64,000 nucleotides of DNA from the human T2T-CHM13v2.0 reference genome, Homo sapiens, in NCBI RefSeq assembly GCF_009914755.1, contig NC_060929.1; one strand, 5' to 3'. The translations under genes were made by a program, and so were the position numbers. This document shows, in pieces, positions 1-17,035 of this stretch. The stretch's first letter is position 1, and every line of letters starts with the position of its first letter. The notes beneath the pieces are model-generated. The model was not told the DNA's origin and made no database searches. It was given only the letters and a program-made list of their open reading frames with translations.

Positions 1-204
1 CAAACTCAGGGCTCCCACTAATTCTACATTATGGTTAGTTCTATAATTATTTTTATTATATATTACAATGTAATCATAATAGAAAAAAGTGCACAATAAA
101 TGTAATGCTCTTGAATCACCCTGAAACCAACTCTTGACCCTGGTCTGTGGAAAAATTGTCTTCCGTGAAACCGGTCCCTGGTGTCAAAAAGGTTGGGGAC
201 CATT
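1..204. mobile_element. MER1A-like hAT-Charlie DNA transposon, terminal part
   Basis: Ends in GAAACCGGTCCCTGGTGTCAAAAAGGTTGGGGACCATTG, the MER1 terminus. Confidence 0.8.
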
Positions 205-214
205 GATCTAGAGC

Positions 215-665
215 ATTCATTTCCCAGGACTGCCATAACAAATTACCACAAACTGGGTGTCTAAAAACAAAGGAAATTTATTCTCTCACAGTTCTGACCA
301 GAAGTCCAAAATCAGGGTGCCAGTAGGGCTCAACTCCCTCCAAAGGCTCTTGGAAAGAATCCTTTCTTGCCTCTCCCAGCATCTGGTGGTTCCTGGCATT
401 CTTTGGCTTGTGGAAACATAAATCCAATCTTTGCCTCTGTCTTCACTTGGCCTTCTTTCCTGTGTCTGTGTCTAAAACCTGCTGCTTCTATCTCTTAAAA
501 GAACACCCGTCATTGGACTTAGGGCCCACCAAACATCCAGGATGATGTCAGCCTGAGATTCTTAATTACAACTACAAAGACCCTATTTCCAAATAAGGTC
601 ACATTCACAGTACCAGGAGTTCAGAATTGGACATATCTTTTTTAGGCGCACTCTTAAACCAACTG
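215..665 (-). mobile_element. MLT1 (MaLR) solo LTR
   Basis: GCTGCCATAACAAA.TACCACAAACTGGG-like start and CCCTATTTCCAAATAAGGTCACATTC motif. Confidence 0.8.
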
Positions 666-3600
666 CGATCATCATTATGAGTTTCCCTCTGCCCATGCTT
701 TTTCCATTAATGTTATATTTCTTAAGAGTCATTCATATTGATGTAAGTAGCTGTAGTTCATTCATGCTTAATACTCTGTTGGGTACTAGTACCCCAATAC
801 ATTTATCCATTCTCCTGAAAATGGATATTCAAGTTATTTCCACTTTGAGGCATCATAAACAATGCTTCTTTATCTCCTGGTGCTCAAGTGCAAACGTTTA
901 TCTAGAATATAAGACTAGGAGTTGAATTGCTGGACCCAGGGTAATGGATGAATAGCATTTTGTAGGATGATGTCAAATTGTTTTCCAAAGTGATTATACC
1001 AATCTGCATTCCCATAAGTCAAGTACAAGATGCTCAAAGTGATTTTTTTTTTAGTCCAGCAAATGTCAACATTTCAGGATTTGTCTTCTCTGTGGTGATA
1101 AGCATTAGATGATAAGACCTCTTCTCTCCTGATTTTTTCTCTATAGCAGATGATTTCTGGTGGGTCTCTGCCCATGGAGAGAAAGTGCTAGGCCCTGCAG
1201 TCTCACCTGCTTTTGGCTGCATAGGCCCTGCCTGCTCTACAAATCCATCTTAATGGGTCATTAGAGGTGCCTGGAAACTGTAATTATGGTATAGCATTTC
1301 ACAGGCTTACAATTGAAGGCTGTTTTCTAGACGCCCAAGTGAAGTCTATTGTGGAGTGATTCATCTCAGAGAGTTTGCACCCAATATAATCAATAATGAA
1401 TATAAAAAGGTGCTTGCCTTTAGCACGAGGGAACTCTTACTGTGAGGGCAGTGATATAGGCATCCCCTAATTGGTTGAAATGACACGTATCAGGGCTGGT
1501 GGAGTGGCAGGTATGCTGATGCCTCATGATAGTCAAAGTAGAATGGTGTATTCTGGGGGGATTTTTCTGCAGAAGCAAGGGGGACAAAACACCATTTGTC
1601 CCAGTTAGATCACAGATCCCTCACTACAGGGACAGAATATGAGCACAGTAAAGGATTCTAATAAATCCTCCTGACTGATAGGGAAACTGAGACCCAGAAA
1701 GAAGATATAATCAGCACCTACTGTCAATGTAGGCCTTAGGGAGAGCTGCATCTTGTTTTGAAAGCCTAGCTAATTGTCTTAGGTTGCCTTCTCTGAAAGC
1801 AGAACCTAGATCAGGTATTGTTGAGCAAGCTATTTATTAAATGAGTGCTTCCAGGTAAAACCTATACAGGATATTCAGGGGAAGAAGCTAAGCAAAGTTG
1901 TGGGTTCAGCTGACGTCCAGCCTTAGCCTGATTTTTTTTTTTCCTCTAGAGAAACCAGAAAAGAAGGCTGATCTTATAGGAGGCTTTGGAGTATGAATAG
2001 CACCTCGAGATTGTTCCACCATGTACCCTCATTGCTGGATCATTGGCTGCAGGCTGCCCCGAGGGAATGGAGTAACCACCTACACGTTTCCTTGCTCCCT
2101 GCAGCTGAAGGCAATTCTGTTAGAAGCCAACTGTCACAGCAGCTGATGCGATTATTATTTGGGTTGGGGAATGGTGTGTGGTCAGGGGATGAGGATTTGC
2201 TTTGTGCACATTCTACTGGTCACCGTCTAATACCAACTCATGCTTTAGACATCAGCTCCATGACAGTAGGGATCAGAAATGCAGAACTAGGGAATTAAGG
2301 CAAATGTGCGTCATCTCCCCCTTCTCTTAGAATCTGCCACCTCCTGTCTGTGGCAGGTGAGATGGTCACATTCTGTTGGTGCATACTTCATTAGACTGCC
2401 TTGCCCCCAGAAGCTCCACCCATTTTTCTCTTTCTCCTGGGCCAGGAAAGTCCCTGGAAGAACTCTCCCTCTAAATTGTGGGGAGAGCCAACCCGGCAGG
2501 GCCTCTCTCTTTGGGGGTCTTTTGGGGCATTGGCAGGATGTGGCTAGGGCAGCAGCTGAGACTCTCTCAGAATTCGAGAAAACAGAAACTACTCCCAGGA
2601 TGTCAAACATAGGGAAAAGTGTACCAGGGAAGGGGGAGGCAGAATAAGTGGGGACTGGAGTTATTGCGATTTGGATATAAATGATCTCTTTGGCCCACGG
2701 GCTGTTAAGTTACTTGGGTGGAAAAGGATGTAAGCACACCAGAGGTGAGAGCCAGAAGGAGCCTTTTAGTCCACTCCTCACCTCACAAATCTCTCATCTC
2801 CTCTCTTCCTCTTTTCCTGACTTTGCATCCCTTACCAAAAGGCCTGAAAGGGCAGATGGGCAGGGACTATGGTCATCCTGTAGGAGATGACATCAGACTG
2901 TAGAGATGGGCTGGGGTTGGAATTCAGAAGCAAAATATTCTGTTGCTGTGATTCCTGCTCAGAGGATGACATCCCTTTCCAAGAGGGTCCCCAGTAGAGG
3001 GTGGGGACAGAGGAAGGAAGCAAGTTGGTTCTCTTCCCTTCCTATCCTAGTGGTGTCTTTCAGCTCTGACCCTGGCTTTGCTCGCAACAGCTGCTGAAAC
3101 CATTTACTTCATCCAAGAGAGCAGAACTTGGTTCTCATGCCAGGGTGCAAGGATCCCACATTTCTACACCCCTCTCTCTCCGCAGCCATCTGCTAGAGCA
3201 CCTTTGTTTGCAGAGAACTCAAACTGCATCCTGCAGTGAAGCTTTCTGTTCTGACTCCAGGAAATTCTTGGTGCAAATCAGGAGCAATTAAACAAATATT
3301 TATGAAGCTGCCATCATTCAGAGTGGCTGTGTTGGTGCGTGCAAAAGCCTGAGATGTCCCCTAGTAAATGCTGCTCACATTCAACTCAGTAGACTTCCCA
3401 GAACTTACAGCTGTGATGTGCTGAGGCTGTCAGGACACTTCCAGAGCAGCAGCTGGAGAAGCCCTGTTGAGGGTGGGTGGAAAAAGCTATACCCTGGGTG
3501 AGGTTAAGGCCACAGGGAAGGAGGGGGAACAGCAAGGGCTTTGGACTTCTTAATCATCAGGCTTCAATCTCAGGAGTCACCTGCGACTACAGATTTTCTG

Positions 3601-3942
3601 GGTGGGAAACCCTTATTGAATGCTACCATGGGAAACTCACCATGCTAGGTGAACTGGGAGGTTACTTGCCATATGGGGGGTTGAGGGAATCATGGGAGAG
3701 AATGTTGGGGAGCCATGTTGGACCTCCTGAAGCCCATGGGAGGACAAGGCGGTGGTATTGCCTTTTCCTGTTAAATGTTACAGGTAGTGTGTGAGCTCAT
3801 GGTTGGTGCCAGCTACTTGATCTGACCTGGTCATGTCCTTGGTCATCTACTTCAGGGCTGGCCTCAATGGGATGGGCTGGCCCTGTCATCACTTCGCTTT
3901 TTCTCTCAGGAACATAGCCTTCCCCGTCAAAAATGAGCATGA

Positions 3943-4312
<370 letters not shown>

Positions 4313-4452
4313 CTAAATGTAAAAATTAAAATTATAAACTTTCCGGAAGAAACCTGGGAGAAAATATTTGCAATCCTGGCATAGGCAACTATATCCTAGA
4401 TATGAAACAAAAGCCTGAATGATAAAAGCAGAAGATACTGTTAAGAAAATGA

Positions 4453-4742
4453 GGCCGGGCGCAGTGACTCACGCCTATAACCCCAGCACTTTGGAAGGCT
4501 GAGCTGAGCAGATCACTTGAGCCCAGGAGTTCAAGACCAGCCTGGGAAATATGGCAAAACCCCATCTCCACTAAAAATACAAATATTATCTGGGCATGGT
4601 GGTGGGCGCCTGTAATCCCAGCTACTCAGGTGGCTGAGGTGGGAGGATCACCTTAGCCCAGTAGGACAAGGCTACAGTGAGCCGTGATCCCGCCACTGCT
4701 CTCCAGCCTGGGTGACACAGTGAGACCCTACCCCAGAAAAGG

Positions 4743-4773
<31 letters not shown>
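4453..4773 (+). mobile_element. Alu (J-like), inserted in L1M
   Basis: Dimeric Alu with a long A tail. Confidence 0.92.
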
Positions 4774-4779
<6 letters not shown>

Positions 4780-5440
4780 GACAAGCCACAGAATGGAAAG
4801 TAATAGTTGTGATGAGTATGTCTGAAAAAAGAGCTGCATCTAGAATACATAAAGAGCCTTCCCAACTTATCATAAGAACACAAACAATATGAAAATAGGC
4901 AAAGGAAAAAAAAGTGGCAGGAATTAACTCTGATAAAATTAAAAATACGTAACATGAGTTTTGTTTCAGAAATACATTTCACTCCTACTTTGATTTTTTT
5001 CTTTTCTGTTATCTCTCTCATAGTAGTGTTTGGGATTAACTACTATCCACCACATATGATGCATTAATCTGATTGTATAAGTGGGCAAAGAACTTGAACA
5101 GACACTTTACAAAAGAATATATATATATATGGTCAATAAGCAGAGAAAAGAATGCTCAACATCATTAGTCATGAGGGAAATAGAAATTAAAACCAAAATG
5201 AGATGCCACCACACACACACTAGAAAGGCTAATATTGAAAAGAATGTGAGTATCAAGTCTGGGCAAGTATTTGGAGCAATTATATTTCTCACATACTGCT
5301 GGCAGGAGTGTAAAATGGTACAGCCACTTTGGAAAACAGTTTGGCAGTTACTACCAAAGTAAAACATACACTTATTATATGACTCAGCAATTCCACTCTT
5401 TGGTATTTTCCCAAGAGAAATGAAAATATATGTCCACTCA

Positions 5441-5574
5441 AAGCTACTTGGGAGGCTGAGGCAGGAGAATTGCTTGAACCGGGAGGCAGAGGTTGCAGTG
5501 AGCCAAGATCACACCACTGCACTCCAGCCTGGGCAACAGAGGGAGACTCCGTCTCAAAAAAAAAAAAAAAAAAA
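5441..5574 (+). mobile_element. 5'-truncated Alu (right arm), inserted in L1M
   Basis: GCTACTTGGGAGGCTGAGGCAGGAGAATTG... followed by poly(A). Confidence 0.92.
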
Positions 5575-6710
5575 GTTATATATGACTGTTCGTAGCAGCC
5601 TTATTCGTAATAACTCTAAACCAGAAACCACCCAAATGTCCACCAACAGGTGATGGATAAACAAATTGTGATATGTACATATGATGGAATGTTACTCAGC
5701 AAATAAGAGTATGAATTACTGATGTATATAATATGACTAAATCTTTAAAAATTATGCTGTGCGAAAGAAACAAAAAAAAGCACATATTGTGTGATTCCAC
5801 TTGAATGGAATTCCAGAACCAATAAAACTAAAGTGGCAGAAAGCAAATCAGTGAGCACCTGGAGCCAGGGGAGGAAGAGAATTGAATGCAAGGGGTCATG
5901 AGGGAATTTTCTGGGGCAATAGAAATGCTCTATATCTTGGCAGCAATAGTGGTTAAATGGGTATATTCATGTGCCAATTATCAACAAATTGACACTTAAC
6001 GTGTGCATTTTATTGCCTGTAAATTATACCTCAATAAAGTTATTTTGATGCAAAGAGGAAGGTGATACTTTTGGGTGATGGAATTAAAGATAATTTTTAT
6101 TTTAGTCTTCATGCTTTTCTATATTTCTAAGTTCTCTAGAGTAATCTTATCACTTTCCTTAAAAAATAAAAACAAAAATACTGCCAATGTGAAAATGTTC
6201 TCTCTGGCTTGGAAGCCTCAGCTCAGAGGCTGTCTCCTTCGGAAGACTAGCCGGGGCCTCAGTTGGAATGAATTACTACCCCCTGTTCTAGGTGCTCATT
6301 GCCCTTGTTGGTGTCTCTGCTAAGCCGTTGCATTTGGCCTTGGGCTACTGTTACTACCTGTGTAGTTGGTTCCTTGTCCTGTGGGCACCCAGTAGTATGA
6401 GGGTTGGGCCTAGCACAGAGCCCCAAACATGGTAGGCAGCTATTCAATGTTTGCCAGGTTAAACTGGGATTTGTCAGGCTATTTGGTTTCGGGGGGCTTT
6501 CTTATGTTGTTTAAGGACTGTCATGACATGTATAAAGCAAGGCCTAGAGCAGTTGAGAGCTTTGAGTCCAAGCTCTACCAATTACTATCCACATAACCTC
6601 TGGCAAGCCCCATGAACTTTCTGAGCCTCAGTGTCCTTCCTGTAAAGGTACCAATAGTTCCCTGTTGTGAGACCTGAGTAGCATAGTGTTTGGCACACAG
6701 TAAGTATTCA

Positions 6711-7470
<760 letters not shown>

Positions 7471-9259
7471 AAAGGCTAATTGGAAATTAATTTTCTTCCA
7501 CATGAATTTTTTTGAGAAAGTCAAAACCATTTCCCAAAAAAGCAGACATCCCGAAAGGAGTTTGGATTTTGCTGGCTGTGCTCTTCATTCAGGTATCAGG
7601 TGGCAGCCAGGGCTCGGTCTGAAGGAGGCTGGCTTTCTCTGAGTGTTTGCTGGAGCCGGGCTGACACAGATCTGACAGAGGTTGTCAGATCTCTGAAGAA
7701 CAATCGACTTTCTAAGCAGAGCCCCTTCTCTGAGTCTCGCGGTGCCGCGTTACATTTGTAAATGCCAGCGCGCTGCTAAGCACGTCCCCGTGAATAGAAG
7801 TGTTTTGATGTTTTGTTTTTGGTCGGAGATTGAAGTCCAGTGTCTTGGGACCCAGTGACTTCAGCTGACCTTCCTGCTACATGGACAGGGCTAAATTTCA
7901 ACCCCTGGAGGCTTCTGCACACAAAACCTCATGCCTCGCAAGGGCAGGTGCAAGGAAACCCGGCGGAAATCTGAAATCTTCGCTGCTTCAGAGACCCGAG
8001 CTCACTTCTGTCAGAGGAATCAGGTTTCACAAGCCCTTTTTTATGTAGGAAGCATATCATTAGGGGAATCTGGCAGGGCAACTTATTAAAACTACTGCCT
8101 ATGGCAGAGAAAAAGCCATAATGCCTAAGGACATTCAAAGGCGAATGGTGTGATTTTTATTTCTAATAATTCTTGCAGTATCTTTGCAAGAGAATTGCTT
8201 GGCCAGAGTGACTGACTTCTAGCTGGAGATGACTCTGATATTTTAGGTCTTGCTGGTTTTGGAAAACATTGTTTTCCTCAAAACTTGTATTGCTGTTTTG
8301 AAATCAGGAGAGACCTTTTATTTCAAATGTTTTAATTGAGTAAGCAACTGTATAAAACCTGTAACTTCACCCTGTCACCATTTCTGAACTACTATTGACA
8401 TCTCTCTCTAAGTCCTCCAAACTTGGCTTTTTCTTTGTAACATAGCTAGTTTTTGAATCGTCTTGATAATGTGGATGTAGTTTGCAATCTCTTTCCCTCC
8501 AACATTTAATTTAAGCTATATAGTTTATATAGTTGTAATAACTGCTTTTTGGTAGGTAACACTTTTTCATGATGCAATTCTGCTCTTCTCTATTGAGTAA
8601 TTCCTCTGGGTTTGAGTACTTAGGGATTTTTTCTGGTTGTTATAAATGGATTTTCTGTTCATCATGTTTATCGAGTTTTTCTTTTCTCTTTTCAATATTT
8701 CCTTTAGCTACATTATGAAAGATGGCCCTGGAGTTGTCTGATATTTGCAAGAGCTCTCCAGTCTTCCAGCCCTGCCTCTTTCCCCTCCTTTTAAAAACTC
8801 TAGACTTGACGCACACCTGCAAGGTCTTCCTCGGCCCCTCCTCTGATGTCTGAAACAGCCCTTCACACGTCAGTGGCCGTGAGTATCCCATCATCATGGG
8901 AAACTCCTGCTTTTGTTCTTTGGGCAATCTCCATGAGGGGTTCTCAGTAAGAGCTCATGTCAACTGACCTCAGCTGGGTGTCGCAGGAGCTCTACCCTTG
9001 AAAAAAGCACACTCCATGCCATCTGTAATTTTGGTAAATACTCCTTCTCTAGACAGTCATGCTACCTAAGTTATTCATTTATTTATTTATTTCAGCAAGT
9101 GGCTGCCTTATGGATGACAGAGTTGCTGAGGTGAAAGTAGCTCATGGCGCGAGATCCAGCACCTTCTGCAGTATGGTCATCCTTGTTACTGGGGCTGATA
9201 GGATCTGATGGGAAGAACTCAGCTGTGTCCACCGTCATTTTGACAGGAGACATCCTTTT

Positions 9260-9720
9260 AACTTCATGAAGCCCCACATGATCTGGCCTCTGCCTCTCTG
9301 TGATCACCTCCGCCCTCTCCTCCACCTCACTGGTTCCACCCACACTGACGTCCCTCCTGTCCCAGCCATTCCTTTTGCTTGGAGTGCTTGTCCCTCTGAT
9401 CTTAGCAACAGTGATTCTCATCACTCCATTGTCAGCTTAGTGATCCCCTCTTCCGAGAGGGCTCTCCTGACCACCCCTTCTAAAGTGGTTCCCATTCACT
9501 CCTTAGCACATTTTCTTCTTTAAACTTTTGCAGAGCTTTTTTCACCAATGATTTTTTTTGTTTACTTAAGTAGTTGCTTGTTTATTGACTATCTCTTCCA
9601 GCAATTGATAAGCCCCATGAAAGCAGGGGTCCTGTCTATCTTATTCCCCCAAATTGTAGAACAGAGCCAGGCACATAGTTGGCATTCAACAGATATTTGC
9701 TGAATAGGTGAATGGATCAT
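9260..9720. mobile_element. L2 3' fragment
   Basis: Typical L2 end GGCACATAGTTGGCATTCAACAGATATTTGCTGAAT. Confidence 0.7.
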
Positions 9721-10575
9721 TTGCTCAACAAGCACTTATAAATGCTCCTTGGTAGACATTATGGAATTCAGAAATTTGAAGCCGGGTACACAGTAGGTTC
9801 TCAGTAAATGCTGGTGCCAGCATTGCTTTCTTGCAGATCAGTGGTCAGCCCAGGGAGACCAGACCCACTCCCCTGGCTATTTCCTTGTATTACCTCTTGG
9901 TGAATGGCAGCAACAGCTCCCTGGGAGACACTATAAGGATGTTTAGGACACAGTACCCTGTGCAAAGGGAGTGCTCATTTACATGCATTTATCCATTTTA
10001 TTCACTAACCAGTACTCACATAGTACTGTCAAGAATTCTGAATCTGAGACTTTATCTTACTGGCAAGCTAACAAGTTTGCCTGCCACCATTTCATTCTGA
10101 TAGAAGATAGGAGACTCTTGGGTCAGAGAGGAAGGATAGTTTATCACTCACAGCAATTGCAGAGTATTAGCATCTTTTTAGTGATACCTCAAGCCCTGAC
10201 TTCCGCAGAGTGACACAAAGAGGGCCTGATGACACCTGCATGCTCAGTGAGTTACATGAGGGGAGCCCTGAGCTTAGGGAACTTGACTATAATGGACAGT
10301 CTGTCTGCTCTTTGCTCTGGAGGGAGACACCATCTCTATCTTCCAGAGTTGTTTGATATACATGTCTTTGAAAAGGTAGTCCAGAACAAAGAGCAGTCAG
10401 TGCATCTGCTCACAAGATGTGCAGAAATGCTTGGGACCTGTGGAGAATTGCCTCACAACAAGAAGCCTAGGAGGCCCTCAGATTTGTTGAATGAATGAAT
10501 GAATGCCAGGTGTTGCATGCAGCATTATATAGTTAAATAAGACATAGTTTCTGTCATTAGAGTTCATGTCTTCTT

Positions 10576-11045
<470 letters not shown>

Positions 11046-12182
11046 TTATTGTGATTATATAAACCAATGCAATTCAAAGTGCTTGGCTTAGTGCCTAACT
11101 GCTGGTAAGTATCCAAGTAAATGTTAATTACTAGGTTGAAGTATATGAAATTACTATTTCTGCAGTTAAATACTAGCAATTTAATATGATTCAACTTAAT
11201 CGTATACCCACTATTATTAATCTTTTGCTTGCTTACACATCATGGTATGTAAACAATTGTGATGTGGAGGTGTACTCTGGGTCATGGGAGGCAAGCCTGG
11301 AGAGGTGGAAAGTATCTCAGGAAAAGAAATGGACTTGGAACCAGATGCAGCTCTGAGCCCCACCTTCTCCTCTCATTAACCTTGTGACCTTGGGTGAGCC
11401 ACTTAACCTCTGAGCCCCTTGCCTCATCTGTGCTACAGATACAATAATCCCTTCTACCTCACTGGTCACTGAGAAGCTAATGTCAGATGATGGATGTGAA
11501 ATTGCTTTGTAACCTGGAAGACACTATACTCATGTGCTCATGCTCAGGATGGAGAATTCTCAAAGGCAGTGTGATTTGAATCTGGGCTTGAGCCAGACTA
11601 TCACTAGGTATAATGTAATATCCCTCTTAGTCCTCCAATCATGGTTTTACATTTGAAGTATAGCATTGGTCACTAAACTGCTGTGTTAGGATCAAGTTAT
11701 ATCAGTCATGTTTGTGTTCAAGGCCTACAGCCTTCAGCAGGGTAGGGACCATCTGGTGACCACAGAAAGATCATTTCATTACAAAGGGTAATTGGCTTGC
11801 AGCTAAATCAGTCAATAGCTAACATTTATCCAGCTCCTTCAATAAGCCACGCCTAGTTTTAGCTCTTTACAATAATTGCTTCTCACTGAAACCTTGAAAA
11901 ATCCTATAATATAGGCGGACACTATCATTATCCTCCATTTTATGGATGAGGAGACTGAGGCGAAAATGAAGTTAAAATTAGAAAATGGCAGAACTGGACT
12001 GGTCCAGTTCCCTTTTAAGTTCCCTTTTAAGAAGCACAGTTGTTTGAGTATTGACATCATTACATTGCCTGAGCACCCTCAGTAAAAGAATTACCAACCC
12101 TTAATTGGGCCCATACAAGGAAGGCAGACCCCAAAGCCATCTTTCTGCAGCAGCTATAGTTGTTTAAGCTGCTACTGTTGCA

Positions 12183-13451
<1,269 letters not shown>

Positions 13452-13947
13452 ACCTTGCTGATGGAAGTTCTGCTTCTCCCAAAAGCAGCCGGAGAAAGCC
13501 AAGTTGTGCTGGGGACTTGAAGGCTGTTAGAATGATTCCATCCCTCTATCTCCGTACACTGCTGTATACACTGCTGAAAAAGTAAGAACTTTGGTTTTCT
13601 TTTGTAGACATCCTCTGTGGTATGAAAAATAATGCTCGACTTGCTTGCTTTTCCCATATGTTTTGAGCTTATGCTCTCTCCAAAAAGTTCTTGCTTTTAG
13701 CTTTTCCTGGACTAAAGCATTGGCCCAGAGTCAGCAGATAGCTGTCCTTGTGGAGGTCCCAGACAATTAGAGTGAGGTTTGGCTTCTACAGCAGAAAGGC
13801 ACAAAGATACAGTGGTTTAAAGAACAAAGTTTATTTCTCATTCATGTAATAGTCCAAGAAGAGTATTCCAGGCTGCCAGGTGGCTCTGCTCCATGCAGTC
13901 ATTCAGGGATGCAGGTTCCTTCTAAGTTGGCCCACTATTCCCTAGGG

Positions 13948-14208
13948 CAGTGCTTCTCAAACTGTATATGGTGAAGAACTAATTTCTTCTTTTTTATTTT
14001 TTTGTAAAAAGTAATAAAAATGAATTTCTGAAAAAATAAAAGGAAAAAACCCCAAAGACACAAAATGCAAGCCTACACTGTTTTGTTATTAGATATAATA
14101 GCCATAATATTACTTACTTAAATTTCTGTAAAAGTTACTAACTTCACCCTCTCAATTCTGTACTTACCTCTTTGTGGACTGGTGCTAGAAACCCTTTGAG
14201 AAGGACTG
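13948..14208. mobile_element. Non-autonomous hAT (Charlie-type MER) element
   Basis: Terminal inverted repeats CAGTGCTTCTCAAA ... TTTGAGAAGGACTG. Confidence 0.65.
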
Positions 14209-15337
14209 GTCTGAAGCTTTGTCATCATCCCCATGGTTGAAGCTGGGTTGCCATCATGTTCAGGTGACAGTCATGGGAAAAAGAACAGAGGGTGGACAAG
14301 GCCCCATAACACCCCATGATTATTTTTATAGTTTTAGTCAGGCTTATTGAGGTATAATTTACATAAATTTCCCTTTTAAGATGCACAGAGGTATGAGTAT
14401 TGACAAATTGTGAAATTACTAAGACATAGACATAGAACATTTCCATTACCCCCCAAAATTCTCTCTCGCTCCATTTTAAATTAATCTCCTCCTCTTCTTG
14501 TTTCTGGAAATTGCTAATCTGGTTTCAGTCCCTACAGTTTTGCGTTTTCTAAACACCATATAAATGGAATCATACTGTATTTCGCATTTTGAGTCTGCCT
14601 TTTTTAAAACCTAGAATAATGCTTAATTCATGTTTTTTGTATGTATCAAGAAATTGATTTTAATTGGGTATATAATAATTTCTTTATATATTATGTTGAC
14701 AGGCACCTGGGCTCAACTAGGATAGTATGAATAAAGGTGATGTAATCATTTGCATCAGGCCTTTGTGTGAACATGTTTTCTTTTAGCTTATGTCCCTAAG
14801 AGTGAGATTTCAATGCCATATGGTAAATGTACGTTTAATGTCAAAAGAAACTGTCAAACTATTCCAAAGTGGGAATAGTACTCCCACCAGGAATATATGA
14901 GAGTTTGAATTGTTCTGCACTCTAGGCAGCACTTGGTATTGTCAGTTTTTCTAATTTTAGCCATTCTAGGAATTGTGTGATTGTGATATATCATTGTTGT
15001 CTGAACTTGCATTTCCCTAATTGTGTTGAGCATATTTTCATGGGTTCATTTGCCAACCTTATCTCTTCTTTGGAGGAGAGGACAGTTTTAATTTTTTTTT
15101 TGCCAAATTTTAAATTGGGTTGTTTGGGTTTTTTGTTGTTGATTTGTGAGAGTTCTTTATATATTCTGGATACCAGTCCTTTATTAGAATGTGTTTTGCC
15201 CATATTTTCTCCCAGTCTATAGCTTATCATTGTTAACTATCATTGTTAACTTCCTTAACAATGTCTTTTGAAGAGCAGACATTTAAAATTTTTTATAAAA
15301 TACAATTTTCAATTTTTTTTTCTTTATGGCTCATGAC

Positions 15338-15570
15338 TTTTTTTTTTTTTGAGACAGGATCTTGCTCCATCACCCAGGCTGAAGTGCAGTGGCATGATCA
15401 TAGCTCGCTGTACTCTTGAACTTCATAGTTCACTGTACCCTTGGATTTCTGGGCTCAAGTGATCATCCACCTTAGCCTCCCAAGTAACTAGGACTATATG
15501 CATGTGCCATCACACCTAATTTTTATTTTATTTTATTTTATTGTCAGGGTCTCACTATGTTGCCCAGGTT
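15338..15570 (-). mobile_element. Degenerate AluJ
   Basis: Poly(T) followed by GAGACAGGATCTTGCTC..., with a truncated left arm. Confidence 0.85.
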
Positions 15571-16617
15571 CTTTTGTGTTTTATTTAAGAACTGTCTGCC
15601 TAACCCCAGGTGGCAATGGTTTTTCCAATGTTTTCCTCTAAAAGTTTTACAATTTTAAGTCTTACATTTTGAGATAATTTTGTCTATGGTGTGAGGTATA
15701 AGATTTGTTTTTATTTCATGTGGCTATCTAACGGTATTTTAGCATCATTTGTTGTAAACACTATCTTTTCTCAGTTGAATTACCTTGGTACCTTTGTCTA
15801 AAATCAATTGTCCATATATATGTATGTTTATTTCAGAATTATTTATTTGGTTTCTTTTATCTCTGAGACTATCCTTTCACAAATACCACACCATCTTGAA
15901 ATCAGGTGGTGTGTATCATCCAACTTTTTTCTTGCTTTCCAAAACTGTAGCTATAGATGGCTATGTTGTGTGCAAATAACGACAGCTTTTTTTCCTTCCT
16001 TTCAAATGTGTATGACATTTATTTCTTTTTATTGATTTATTCCACTGACAAAACTCTCAATACAATTTTGGATAAGAGTTATGAGAGCAGAATTCCTTGT
16101 CTTGTTCTTGATTTTAGTGGGAAAACATTCAGTCTTGGAGTATGATATGAGTTGAAGGTTTTTCATACATGTCATCTATTGTGTTGATAACAATTTCTAG
16201 TTTGTTGAGATATTTTTCTTTTCATGAATAGATGCTGAATTTTGTCAGATGATTTTTCTGTATCTATTGTAGAGATTATACTGTGTTTCTCTTTTAGTCT
16301 GTTTATAGGATATGCATTAATTAATTTCAAATGTTGAAATAAATTTGCATTCTTAGGATAAACCCCACTTAGTCATGGTACATTTAACCTTTTATATACT
16401 GCTGGATTTGATTTACTGCTATTTTATTGAGGATTTTTACGTATATGTTCATGAAGAATATCATTTATAGCTTTTTTTGCTTGTAATATCTTTGCCTGGT
16501 TTTGATATGAGGATAATGCTGGGCTCATAAAATTAGTTAAGAATGCTCTTTCCTCTTCTCTTTTCTGGAGTAATTTCTATAGAATTTATATAATTTCTTA
16601 CTTAAGTGTTTGATACA

Positions 16618-17035
16618 TGCTACAGACTGAATTGCATCCCCCCAACCCCAATTTGTATGTTGGAAGTCCTAACTCCTAATGTGGCTGTATTTGGAGCTCG
16701 GGCCTATAAGGGAATAATTAATGTTAAATGAGGTCATAAGGGTATTGGTCCCAATCTGATAGAATTAATGTCCTTTTGAGACACCAGAGAGCAGCTGTCT
16801 CTCCCACTCTCTCTCTCTTTCTCCACAAACACACCAAGAAAAGGCCATGTGAGGACATGGTGAGAAGATTGCTATCTGCAAACCAGGAAACGGGTCCTCA
16901 TCAGAAATTGAGTCAGCCGGAACCTTGATCTTGAACTTCTAGCTTTGCTTTCAGAACTTTTAGAACATAAATTTGTCTTCTTTAAGTCACTTAGCTTATG
17001 GTATTTTGTTCTAGCAGCCGAGGCTGACTAATACA
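16618..17035 (+). mobile_element. MLT1A/B-like MaLR solo LTR
   Basis: TGCTACAGACTGAATTG...GCTGACTAATACA, with 5-bp TSD ATACA/ATAGA. Confidence 0.85.
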
